Source of the DNA: the human T2T-CHM13v2.0 reference genome, Homo sapiens
Reading direction: 5' to 3' (one strand)
DNA: 64,000 nt
NCBI RefSeq assembly: GCF_009914755.1
Contig: NC_060933.1
Below are positions 33,435-47,380 of this stretch, one piece after another (position 1 is the first letter of the stretch; the number at the start of each line of letters is the position of its first letter). The notes beneath the pieces are model-generated. The model was not told the origin of the DNA, did no database searches, and saw only the letters and a program-made list of their open reading frames with translations. A program made the position numbers and the translations under genes.

Positions 33435-33741
33435 TAACCTACTTAATGGTGAAAAACTAGATGCTTTTCCTGAAGACTGAGAACAAAGCAAGTATGTCCC
33501 CTCCCACCACTCCTATTCAACATTGTACTAGAAGTTCTAGTTAATGCAGTAAGTCAAGAAAGGAAATAAGAAGTATACAGATTGGGAAGGAAGAAATAAA
33601 ATTGTCTCTGTTTGCAAATGACATGATCGTCTATATAGAAAGTCCCAAAGAATCAACACAAAAACTCTTGGAACTAACAGGTAATTATAGCAAAGTTTCA
33701 GGATATTAGGCTAATATACAAAAATCACTTGCTTTCCTATA
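33435..33741 (+). mobile_element. Old L1M ORF2 RT-domain fragment (left part; continues at 43347)
   Basis: Encodes PLLFNIVLEVL and [22 protein letters not shown]-like RT motifs; ends at ttcctata where Tigger1 begins. Confidence 0.88.
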
Positions 33742-35709
33742 CAGGCACACCTCAAAGATACTGCAGGTTAGATTCCAGACCACTGCAATAAAGTGGATAT
33801 CTCAATACAGTGAGCCACACAAATTTTTGGTTTCCCAGTGTACATAAAAGTTATGTTGACACTATACAGTATTCTATTAAATGTGCAGTAGCATTATGTC
33901 TAACAAACAATATACATACTTTAATTAAAAATACCTTATTGTTAAAAATGCTAATGATCATCTGAGCCTTCAGTGAGTGGTAATCTTTTCGTTAGCGGAG
34001 GGTTTTACCTCCTTATTGATGGCAGCTGACTGACCCACGTGTGGTTTCTGCTGAAGGCTGGGGTGGCTGTAGCAATTTCTTAAGATAATAACGGAGTCTG
34101 CTGCATTGATTGATTCTGCTTTTCGTAAACGATTTCTTTGTATCATGCAATGCTGTTTGATAGCATTTTACCCACAGTAGAACTTTCAAAATTGGAATCA
34201 ATCCTCTCAAACCCTGCTGCTTTATCAACTAAGTTTATGGAATATTCTAAGTTCTTTGTTGTCATTTCAACAATGTTCACAGCATCTTCATCAGGAGTAG
34301 TTTCCATCTCAAGAAACCACTTTCTTTGCTTTTCCATAAGAAGCAACTCCTCACTCATGAAAGTTATTTTTTCCTTTTATTTTTAGTTGACATGTAATAA
34401 TTGTACATATTTATGGGATACAGACTATTTTGGTGTGTGTATAAAATGTGTAATAATGAAATCAGCATAATTAGCATTCCTATCACCTTGAACATTTATC
34501 ATTTCTTTATATTGTGAACATTCAAAATCCTCTCTTCTAGCTTTGTGAAAATATATAATAAATTATAGTTAACCGTATTCATCCTACAGTGCTGCAGAAC
34601 ACGGGAATTCATTCCTCCAGTCTAGCTGTAACTTTGTATTTGTTAACCAACCTCTCCCCATACTCCCCTACCTTCTACTCTTTCCAATCTCCAGTACCCA
34701 CGATTCTACCCTCTTCTTCCATGAGCTCAGTTTTTTTTTCTGCTTCCAGATATGAGTGAGAACACATGGTATTTATCTTTCTGTGCCTGACTTATTTCAC
34801 TTAACATAATATCCTCCAGGCTCATTCATGTTGTTGTGAATGACAGGATTTCATTCTTTTTTATGGTTAAATAGTATCCCATTGTGTATATATACAGCAC
34901 ATTTTCTTTATCCATTTTTCTGTTGATGGACATTGAGGTTGATTCCATATCTTAGGAACTGTGAATAATGCAATAAATATAGGGGTGCAAGTATCCTTTT
35001 GATATATTGATTTCCTTTCCTTTGGATAAACACCCAGTAGTGGGATTGCTGAATCATATGGTAGTTCTATTTTTAGTTTCCTGAGAAACCCCCACATTAT
35101 TTTCCATAATTGTTGCACTAATTTACATTCCCACCAACAGTGTATAAGAATTCTCTTTTTTCTGCATCCTTGCCAACATTTGTTACTTTTTGTCTTTTTG
35201 AAAATAGCCATTCTAACCGGGGTGAGATGATACCTCACTGTGGTTTTGATTTGCATTTCCTTGATAATTAGTGATGGTGAACACTTTTTCATGTATTTGT
35301 TGGCTATTTGTATGTCTTCTTTTGAGAAATATCTATTCTGATCCTTTGTCTTCATTTTAATCAAATTATTTCATTTTTTTCCTGTTGAGTTCCTTGTATA
35401 TTCTGGACATTAGTCCCTTGTTGGATAAATAGTTTACAAGTATTTTCTCTCATTTTACAGGTTGTCTCTTCACTCTGTTGATTGTTTCCTTTGCTATGCA
35501 GAGGTCTTTTCGTTTCATATAGTCCAATTTATCTATTTTTGTTTTTGTTGTCTGTGCTTTTAAAGTTGTAGCCATAAAATCTTTGCTTAAACCAATGTTT
35601 TGAAACATTTCCCCTATATTTTATTCTAGTAGTTCTATATATTCAGGGCTTACATTTAAGTCTTTAATCCATTTTGAGTTGATTTTTGTGTATGGTGAGA
35701 AATAGGGGT

Positions 35710-36067
35710 TGATATGGTTTGGTTCTGTGTCCCCACCCAAATCTCACCTTTAATTGTAATAATCCCCACATGTCAAGGGTGGCGCCAGGTGGAGATAATT
35801 GAATCATGGGGGCAATTTCCCCCATACTATTCTTGTGATAGTAAGTAAGTCTCACGAGACCTGATGGTTTCATAAATAGGAGTCCCCCTGCGCAAGCTCT
35901 CTTGCCTGCCACCATTTAAGATGTGCCTTTGATTCTCCTTTTCCTTCCACCATGATTGTGAAGCCTCTGCAACCATGTGGAACTGTGAGTCTATTAAACC
36001 TCTTTCCTTTTTAATTTACCCAGTCTTGGGTGTGTCTTTATTAGCAGTGTGAGAGCAGACTAATACA
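35710..36067 (+). mobile_element. THE1 (C-like) MaLR solo LTR within L1
   Basis: tgatatggtttgg...ccccacccaaatctcacc ... gactaataca; 5-bp TSD ggggt at 35705-35709 and 36068-36072. Confidence 0.93.
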
Positions 36068-37284
36068 GGGGTCTAGTTTCATTCTTCTGTATATGAATAT
36101 CCAGTTTTCACAGCATCATTTATAAAGAAGGTGTCCTTTCCCCAGTATATGTTCTTGACACCTTTGTCAAAAATCAGTTGGCTATAAATATGTGGATTTA
36201 TTTAGGGGCTTTCTATTCTGTTCCGTTGGTCTATGGTCTGTTTTCATACAAATATCATCTGCTTTGGTTACTATAGCTTTGTAGTATATTTTGCAGTCAA
36301 GTAGTTGAATGCCTTCTGCTTTATATCTTTTGCTCAGTATTGCCTTGGCTATTCAGGGTCTTTTGTGGTTCCATATGAATTTTCAGATTGTTTTTTCTAT
36401 TTCTGTGAAGAATGTCATTGACCTTTTGATAGGGATTACGTTGAATCTGTGGACTGCCTGGGGCAGTATGGTCATTTTAACAATATTAATTCTTCTAATC
36501 CCCGAACATGAGATGTTTTTGCATTTCTTTGTGTTCTCTTCAATTTCTTTCATTGGTGTTTTGTAGTTTTCATTGTAGAGGTCTTTCACTTCCTTGGTCA
36601 ATTTATTCCTAGACATTTTTTGTAGCTATTATAAATGAAATTGCTTTATTTCTTTTTCAGCTAATTTGTTATTGGTGTATAGAGATACTACTGACTTTTA
36701 CATCTTGATTTTCTATCCTACAACTTTACTGAATTTATTGATTTGTTCTAAGAGTACTTTTGGTGGAGTCTTTAGGTTTTTATAAAATATATAAGATCAT
36801 ATCATCTGCAAAGAGGAACAATTTGACTCCCCCCTTTCCCTTTTGGATGCTCTTTATTTCTTTCTCTTGCCTAATTGCTCTGGCTAGGACTTCCAGTACT
36901 GTGTTAAAGAAGACTAGTGAAAGTGAGCATCCTTGTCTTGTTTCAGTTCTTAGAAGAAAGGCTTTCAGCCTTTCTCCATTCAGTATGATATTAGCTGTAG
37001 GTTTGTCATAGATGGCCTTTAGTATGTTGAAATATGTTTCTTCTATGCCTAATTTGTTGAATTTTTTTTATCATGAAGGGATGTTGAATTTTATAAAATG
37101 CTTTTCTGTATTTATTTAGATAACAATATGGTTTTTGTCCTTCATTCTCTTAATGCAATATATTACATTTATTGATTTGTTTACGTTGAATCATTCTTGC
37201 AACCCTAGGATAAATCCCACTTGGTCGTGGTGTATTATCTTTTTGATGTGTTGTTGGATTTGGTTTGCCAATATTTTGTTGAAG

Positions 37285-37590
<306 letters not shown>

Positions 37591-40500
37591 CTAGATTTTT
37601 AAATCTATGTTCATCAGGAATATTGGTCTGCAGTTTTCTTTTTTTATTGTGTCCTTGTCTGGTTTTGGTATCAGGGTAATTCTGGTCTGGTAGAATGAAT
37701 AAGAAAGAATTTCCTCCTCTTCAAATTTTTGGAATAGTTTGAGAAGAATTATGTTAGTTCTTTAAAAGTTTGGTAGAATTCAGCAATAAAGCCATCTTGT
37801 CCTGGGCTTTTCTTTGTTGGGAGACTTCTTGTATGGATTCAATTCTGTTACTCATTATTGGTCTGTGTAGGTTTTCTATTCCTTTCCGATTCAATCTTGG
37901 TAGGTTACATGTGTCCAGAAATTTACCCATTTCCTTTAGGTTTTCCATATTGTTGGATATAGTTGTTCATAATAGTCTCTAGTGATCCTCTGTATTTCTG
38001 TGGCATCAGTTGTTATGTCTCCTTTTTGTTTCTCATTTTCTTTATTTTCATCTTTTTTTTCTTGTTTAGTCTAGCTAGTGGTTTATTGATTTTATCTTCT
38101 CAAAAAAAAAACCCCACAAGTTCTCATTTTCTTCATCCTTTGTATTTTTTTAGCCTCTATTTCATTTAATCCTGCTCTGATATTTATTTCTTTCCTTCTA
38201 TTAATTTTGAATTTATTTTGTTCTTGATTTTCTGGTCCCTTGAGGTGCATCATTAGGTTATTTGAAATTTCCCTACTTTTTTGATGTGAGTGTTAATTGC
38301 TATACGTTTCCCTCTTTGCACTGCTTTTGCTGTATCTCATAGGTTTTGGTATGTTGTGTTTTCATTTTTATTTGTTTTAAGAAATATTCAAATTCCTTTC
38401 TTAATTTCTTCATTGACCTAACAGTTGTTTAGGAGTATGTTGTTTAATTTCCATGTTTCTGTACAGTTTCCAAGGTTCCTTTTGTTATTGATTTCTAATT
38501 TTATTCCACTGTGATTTGAGAGATGATTGATATGATTTCGATGTAAAAAAATTTGTCGAGACTTGTTTTGTGGCCTAACATATGGTCTGTCCTGGAGAAT
38601 GTTCCATGTGTTGATGAGAAAAACGTGTATTCTGTAGCCATTGGATGAAACGTTCTATAACTGTCTGTTAGGTCCATTTGGTCTACAATGTACATTAATT
38701 CTGACACTTCTTTGTTGAGTTTCTGTCTAGATTATCTGTCCAATGCTAAAAAGTGGGGTGTTAACATCTCCAACTATTATTATATTGGGGTCTACCTCTT
38801 TCTTTAGCTTTAATAATTTTTTTTATATATCTGGGTGCTCTGGCATTGGGTGCATATTCACAATTGTTATATCTGCTTGAGGAATCGATCCCTTTATCAT
38901 TATGTCATGTTCTCCTTTGTCCCTTTTTATGTTTCTGACTTAAAGTATATTTTGTTTGATATTTGTATAGCTAATTCTGCACGCTTTTGGTTTCCATTTG
39001 TGTGGAATTTTGTTATCCATTCCTTCACTTTCAGTCTATTTATATCTTTTTCAGGAAAAGTGAGATTCTTGTAGGCAGCTTATAGTTGGCTTTTTAAAAA
39101 AAAATCCATTCATCCAGTCTATGTCTTTTAATTGAGGTATTTAAACCATTTACATTCAATGTTGTTATTGATAAGTGCAGATTTACTCCTGTCATTTTGT
39201 TAATTGTTTTCTGATTGTGTTGTATATCCTTTGTTCCTTTATTCCTCTTTTATTATTTACCTTTGTCTTTTGGTGGTTTTCAATGGTGCTAACATTTCAT
39301 TTCTTTCTCTTTCTTATTTGTGTCTCTTCTCTACCAGTGAGTTTTATACTTTTGTGTGTTTTCATGAAGGCAGATACCATCCTTTCACTCCCAGATGTAG
39401 GAATCCCTTAACCATTTCTTGTAGGGATGGTCTAGTGATGATGAATTTCCTGTTTTTGCTTATCTGGGAAATGGCTTTATTCAAATTTAGAAATTCTTTC
39501 TTTTGCTTGATCTAGTCTATTTTTGAAGCTCTCAATTGTGTTTTTTAATTTCATTCATTGAATTCTTCAGTTCTAGGATTTCTGTCTGGTTCCTTTCTTA
39601 ATGATATCTATCTCTGTGCTGAATTTCACATTCAGATCTCAAATAGTTTTCCCAACTTCTTTGTGTTTGTCCATCTGTGTTGTCTTGTATCTCACTGAAT
39701 TTCCTTAAGATCATCATTTTGAATTTCTTTTCTGGCATTTCATAGATTTCCTTTCTTTGGAATATGTTATCGGAGAATTATTGTGTTCCTTTGGAGGTAT
39801 CATGTTTCTTTGCTTTTTCAAATTTCTTGTATCCTTACATTGATATCTGTGCATCTGGTATAACAGCTGCTTCTTCCAATTTTAGGGATTGACTTTCATG
39901 GGGAAATAATTTTTCCTGTACATGTGTCTATAGTGTTGGCTGGGTAGGGTACTTTGGCTTTGATTCTGAATGGGCTTAGTAGTGTAGTCTCTGTATGATT
40001 TCTTTGGCTGTAATCAACATCAGTGATTGCTGTGAATTTCTCAGTAGCTTAGGCTGTAATTATTAGTGGAGGCTATGTTGAGGCTTTACTGGAGATAAGG
40101 ACACCAGGCAAGCTGGTCCTGGGGCTGGCCCCTGGGTGGCATGTAGGGGCACTGGTGGTGGCAGTTGTCTACTGGGTGTGCCAGTCCTCAGGTCCCCAGG
40201 TATTGTGTGTGGACATCAGAAGTGTCAATGGTGGGCCTAGGTGGAATGGTCCTTGGGCCCTTAGGCAGCATGCATAGCCACCTCTGGTGGCAGAAGAGGT
40301 GGCTGGTCAGTCCTAAGGCCACCAGGTAGTGATAATGGTTGGGTGGGTGGTGCTGGAGGGCTGGGAAGGCCAGCCCTAGGGCCCCTATGAAGTGCTCATG
40401 GATGCCAGTCATGGGCAGGGTGGACTAATACTCAGATTCCCAGATAGCACATGTGGGTGGTGATGGCAGCAGGCAGGGTGGACCTGTCCTCAGGTCCATG

Positions 40501-41626
40501 GATGGTGTGCATGGATGCTGGTTATGGTGAGTGGGACAGACTGGTCCTCAAGATCCCTGAAGGTGTCTGCAGGTGCATGAGGGTCCTGCTGCTGGAGGGG
40601 GAGGGGTTATCGGCATCCCCAGGCAGGCAATTCTCAGGCTCTGGGGAGAGCATGCTTTGGGTCCCTTTGTCCTGGGGGTAGCCTTCCTGGTGTGGTACAT
40701 TGATGTTCTCTGGGGCATAGGACGCTGTGTGGGCTAGAGTCCTGGGGACCCGGCTGTGCCACAAGTTATGGCTGGTGTCATAATGCTGCAGCCCTCTGGG
40801 TGGATGTGGGGGAATGTCAGTTGGGCTTCAGTATGTATAGATGTAGGGGCTTTTGGGCCCTAGAGCAGGATATATTCTGGTGGGTGCTGGGCTCTCAAAA
40901 TGGTGTCCTGATGCAGCAGCTTGGGTTTTAGGGGGGTGAGTGAATGGGACCCAGAGTGAAATCCTCTGGAAAATGCAGTTGTATGGACTCCAGGCAGCTC
41001 CCTATACTAAGCTAATGGCCTGTGAGTACTAAGGAGCTCTCCTTGGCTAGTATTTCAGGCATCTGTGATGGGAATGCGGACCACTAAAGATCTATTTTCC
41101 CCACTGTGGAGAGTCCCTCCTGGCTCTGAGCTGATCCTGATCTCTCTTAGATGCTGTATTTGGTGTATCTTGTTAAAGTTTTATCATGAGATTGCAGCAA
41201 TCCAGTCACATCTTTAGGCTCCACTTCTAATTCGAATTATCTTGCTATTTCCACCAGATCTGCAGTTACTTCCTCTGCTGAGGTCTTGAAACCCTGAAAG
41301 TCATCCATAAAAGTTGGAATAAACTTCTTCCAAACTCCTGTTAATGTTGACATTTTGACCTCCTCCCACGAATCTCAGATGTTCTTAATGGCATCTAGAA
41401 TGGTGAATCCTTTCCAGAAGGTTTTCAATGTACTTTGCCCAGATCCATCAGAGAAATCTCTATCTATGGCACCTATAGTCTTATGAGATGTATTTCTTAA
41501 ATAATAAGACTTGAAAGTCAAAATTATTCCTTGATCCATGGACTGCAGAATGGATATTGTGTTAACAGGCATGAAAACAACATTCATCTTCTTTTACATC
41601 TCCATCAGAGCTCTTGGGTAATCAGG

Positions 41627-42008
41627 TGATACGGTTTGGCTGTGTCTCCACCCAAATCTCACCTTGAATGGTAATCCCGATAATCCCCACATGTCAAGGG
41701 TGGGACCAGGTGGAGGTAATTGGATCATGGTGGGGGGGTGGCGGAATTCCCCCATGCTGTTCTCATGATAGTAAATTCTCACGAGATCTAATAATTTTAT
41801 AAGCGTCTGGCATTTCCCCTTCTTGCACTCACTCCATCTTGCCACCCTGTGAAGAAGGTGCCTGCTTCTCTTTTGCCTTCTGCTATGATTGAAAGTTTCC
41901 TGAGGCCTTCCCAGCAATGCAGAACTGTGAGTCAATTAAACCTCTTTCTTTTATAAATTACCCAGTCTCGGGTATTTCTTCATAGCAGTGTGGGAACAGA
42001 CTAATACA
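41627..42008 (+). mobile_element. THE1 (D-like) MaLR solo LTR within Tigger1
   Basis: tgatacggtttggctgtgtc ... gactaataca; 5-bp TSD tcagg/ccagg at 41622-41626 and 42009-42013. Confidence 0.93.
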
Positions 42009-43346
42009 CCAGGTACATTGTCAATGAGCAATAATATTTTGAAAAGAGTATTTTAATTAATTAATTTATTTCTGAACAGTAAGTCTCAAAAGTAGATTTA
42101 AAATTATTCAGGAAACCATGCTGTAACAGATGTGCTGTCATCCAGGCTTTGTTGTTCCATTTATAGAGCACAGGCAGAGTAGATTTCGCACAATTCTTCA
42201 GGGCCCTAGGATTTTTGAAATGGGAAATGGGCACTGGCTTCAACTTAAAGTTACTACCTGCATTAGCTCTTAACAAGAGAGTCAGCCTTTCCTCTGAAAC
42301 TTTGAAGCCAGGCATTGACTTCTCTTCTGTGGCTATGAAAGACCTAGATGGCATCTTCTTCCAACATAAGCCTGTTTCATCTCCATTGAAAATGTGTTGT
42401 TTAGTGTAGCCACTTTCATCAAAGATCTTAGCTATATCTTCTAGATAACTTTCTGTAGCTTCTGTATCAGCACTTGCTGCTTCATCTTGCACTTTTATGT
42501 TATAGAGATGATTTCTTTCCTTTTAAATCTCATGAACCAGCCTCTGTTAGCTTTTAATTTTTCTTCTGCAACTTCCTCACCTCTGTCATCCTTCATGGAA
42601 TTGAAGAGATCTAGTTCACTGAGATTTGATCAGGCTTTGACTTAAGGGAATGTTGTGGCTGGTTTGATCTTTTATCCAGATCACTCAAATATTCTCCATA
42701 TCAGCCATAAGGCTGTTTTGCTTTCTTATCATTCATGTGTTCACTGAAACAGCACTTTTAATTCCCTTCAAGAATTTTTCCTTTGCATTCAAAACCTGAC
42801 TGTTGAGTGCAGTCGGCCTAGCTTTTGGCCTATCTCTGCTTTCAACCTGCCTTCAACCTGCCTTCCTCACTAAGCTTAATCATTTCAAGATTTTGGTTTG
42901 AAGTGAGAGATGTGTGACTCTTTCTCTTACTTGAACACTTAGAGACAACTGCAGGGTTATTAACTGACCTAACTTCAATATTGTGTCTTAGAGAATAGGG
43001 CAAGGAGAGGAAGAGAGATGGAGGAGCAGTGGGTAGAGCAGTCAGAACGCACAGAACACTTAACAAATAAAGTCTGCCCTCTTATCTGGGCATGGTTTGT
43101 GGTACCCCAAAACAATTACAATAGTAACAGGAATGATCACTGATCACAGATCACCATAATAGATATAATGATAATAAAAAGATTGAAATGTTATGAAAAT
43201 TATCAACATGTGACACCGAGACACAAAGTGAGTAAACGCTATCAGAAAAAATGGTGCTTATAGATTTGCTCAATGTAAGGTTGCCATAAATTTCAATTTG
43301 TAAAAAATGTAAAATCTGCAAAGTGCAATAAAGTGAGGTATGCCTG

Positions 43347-45280
43347 GACCAGAAATGAGCAATTGAAATTTGAAATTAAAAACGCAATCCCATTTACATT
43401 AGCACCCAAATGAAATGAAATAGGTATAAATCTAACAAATTAGGTAAAACATCTACATGAGGAAATCCACAATACTCTAATGAAAGAAAATAAAAAAAGA
43501 TCTAAATAAATGGAGAAATATTTCACGTTCATAGATCAGAAAACTCAGTATTGGTAAGATGTCAATACTTCCCAACTTGATCTATACATTCAGTGTAATC
43601 CCAATAAAAATCCCAGCAGATTATTTTGTGGATATCAACAAACTAATTCCAAAGTTTACATGAGTGGCAAAAGACCCAGAAGATCTCACACAACATTAAA
43701 GAACAAAGTTGGAGAAGTGACATTCCCTGACTTTAAGACTTACTATAAAGCTATGCTAACCAACATAGGGTGGGATTGATGAAATAATAGATCAATGTAA
43801 TGGAACAGGGAGCTCAGAAATACACCCACACAAACACAGTCAACTGATCTATCACAAAGATGCAAAGGTAATACAATGGAGAAAAGATCGTCTTTTCAGC
43901 AAACAGTGCTGGAACAACTGGACAACACGCAAAAGGAGTCTAGACATAGACCTTACACCTTTCACAAAATTTTACTCAAAATGGGTCACAGGCCTAAATG
44001 TTAAATGTAAAACCATAAAACATAACAGAAAAAAATCAAGGTAACTTTGTGTTTGGCAATGAGTGTTTTGATACATCAAAAGTATGATCCATGAAAGAAA
44101 AAAGTAATAAGCTCGATTTCATTAAAATTTAAAACTCCTGCTCTGAAAAAGACAATGTAAGAGAATAAGACAAACTGAGAGAAAATATTTATGAAACACA
44201 TATCTAATAAAGGACTTGCATCCAAAATATACAAGGACCTCTTAAAATTCAACAATAAGAAAACAACCTATTTAAAAAGTGCACAAAAGTTCTGAACAGT
44301 CCTCTCACTAGATGGCAAATAAGCATATGAAAAGATGCTCAACATCATATGTCACTGGGGAATTGCAAATTATAACACTGAGATACAAGCACACACCTAT
44401 TAGAATGGCTAAAATCCAAAACACTGACGACACCAAATGCAGGCAAGGATGTGGAGCAACAGGAACTCCCATTCATTGCTCGTGGGTTTGCAAAACGGTA
44501 TAGTCACTTTGGAAGACGGTTTGGTAGTTTCTTACAAAACTAAACATTCTCTTACCATATAATCATAACTTGCACTCCTGGGTATTTATCCAAATGAATT
44601 GAAAATTTATGTCCACACAAAAACTCACACATGAAAGTTTGTAGCAGCCTTAGGTATAATTGCCAAAACTTGGAAGCAACTAAGATGCCCTTCGGTGGGT
44701 GAATGAATAAACAATCTGTGGTACATCCAGGAAATAGGACATTATTCAGTGATAAAAAGAAATGAGCTACCAGGAAATAGGATATTATTCACTGATAAAA
44801 AGAAATGAGCTATCAAGCCACAAAAATATATGTAGGAACCTTAAATGCATATTACTAAATGAAAGAAGCCAGTCTAAAAAGGCTACATACTCTGTGATTC
44901 TAACTATATGACATTCTGGAAAAGGAAAAACTATGGATCCGTGGTTGTCAAGGATTAGTAAAGCACAGAGGATATTTAGAACAGTGAATCTACTCTGTAT
45001 GATATTGTAATGGTGACTACATGACATGCATTTGGCAAAGCCCGTAGAACAGTGAACCCTAATGTAAACTATGGACTGTAGTGACGAATAATGTATCAAC
45101 ATTGGTTCATCATTTGAAAAAATGTACCAGACAATGCAAGATATTAATAACAGGAAATTGTGGGGGTGGGTGGAGGGTACATGAGAACTCTTTGTACTTC
45201 TGTTAACTTTTTCTGTAAACCTAAAACTACCCTAAGAAATAAAGTCTATTAAGTAAGTATAAATAAAATTTAAAAAATTA
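43347..45280 (+). mobile_element. Continuation of the old L1M (L1MC-like 3' end)
   Basis: Resumes the L1 ORF2 sequence (ccagaaatgagcaattgaaatttgaaattaaa); ORF 44312..44503 MANKHMKRCSTS; 3' UTR aaccctaatgtaaactatggact. Confidence 0.88.
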
Positions 45281-45289
45281 AATACATCT

Positions 45290-45615
45290 GCTGGGCATGG
45301 TGGCTCATTCCTGTCATCGCGGCACTTTGGGAGGCCAGGGCAGGTGGAATATTTGAGCCCAGGAATTGGAGACCAGTCTTGACAACATGAGGAAACTCCG
45401 TCTTTACAAAAAATACAAAAATTAATGGGGTGTGGTGGCGCATGCCTGTAGTCCCAGCTACTTGGGGGGCTGAGGCTGGGGGATCACCTGAGCCAGGGGA
45501 GGTGCAGTGAGCCGTGATATTGCCATTGCACTCCAGTCTGGGTAACAGAGTGAGATCCTGTCTCAAAACAAAACAAAACAGACAAACAAACAAAAAACAA
45601 CAACAACAAAAAAAA
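45290..45615 (+). mobile_element. Alu (AluJ-like)
   Basis: Diverged dimer with ttgagcccaggaatt; (caaa)n tail. Confidence 0.92.
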
Positions 45616-45629
45616 CCCCCACATCATAG

Positions 45630-46245
45630 TTTCTGAAGAGGAGATATAATGTATATGTACAATTTGAAGAACAGAATTGCCAGAGCCTTACAGGACCTGT
45701 GTGCCTGTCTCAATCATATCCTCCTATCCTGCCCACCAAGAAGTAACCACAATCTTGAATTCTGTGTTAAAAATTGCCTTCTTCTTTTTTTAAAAAATGG
45801 TTTTGCTACCTATGTATGTATCCTTAAACAATATTCTGTTCAGTTTCTCCAGTGTTTGAACTTGAAGCGTGTGAAAGCCTGTTTTGGGTATTCATGCGTG
45901 ACTTGCTGTTTTTGCTCATTGCTGTGTTGTTGAGATGCCTCCAAACTGATGTGTATGGCTGTGGCTCATTCATTCCCACAGCTGTATAGCCTTCCTTTCT
46001 TTGAAAATACCATAGTGCACGTATCCATTCTGTTCCTGTGGGCCATTTAGGATGCTATCAGTTTTTGGCTGTTATAAACAGTGCTGCTGTGAACACCCAG
46101 GCTTGGGTCTCCTTGGGCATATGTGTGAGACTTCCCCTAGGGATGTGTCCTAGTGGAATAGCTGGGCTGTGGGGCATGTGCATCTTTGACATGACTCATG
46201 TCAAATAGTTTTCCAAGTGGTTGTGCCAATGTACACTGGAGTAGC
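45630..46245 (-). mobile_element. Old L1ME-like 3' fragment
   Basis: ttggctgttataaacagtgctgctgtgaaca...ttttccaagtggttgtgccaatgtacact. Confidence 0.7.
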
Positions 46246-46859
46246 ACTGTGTGTTGTGTTTGCTGCCTGTGTCCTCTCAGCACTTGGTTCACTGGACACA
46301 CTGCCTGCTCTCTAAATGCAGCGGCCTCTGCCTGAGTGCTCCCATACCAGCTCAGGCCTCCTTGGCTTTCAGCTGAAAAGTCTTCTTTGACCCTATGAGG
46401 CCAGACTGGCGTCCCTCCTCGGGCTCCACAGCACCCTGTACCATGAGGGTTGTGAGTTAGCCACTGACTTGTCTGTCTTCCTAACTGCTCTAAGGGGTCC
46501 TTGAAGGAAGGGCCACATCTCATTCACTGCTGTCTCTCTGGAGTCCCTCACAGGGCCTGATGCATAGCTGGTGAAAAAGGTGAGAGTGAGGCTGGAATCA
46601 CTTTGGGGCATGAGGAGGCTGTGGGGTGCTGAGCCATAGCTGGAGGCTTGGCAGTGGCAGGGGCGTCATGGAGTCAGGCTCCAGGACCACAGCCACACAG
46701 TCAGCCTGCCCTGAGAGGGACTGTGTGTAGCCCCTGAGAGAGGAAAGAGGCGGTGAAACCAGAAGTCAGGACCTCCATCCCCTGCCTCAGGGACCCTTTC
46801 CACCCGTATGTGGGGTTGGGTGGCAACATGGTTGAAAGCAGACCACCTGGGGTGGAATC

Positions 46860-47380
<521 letters not shown>

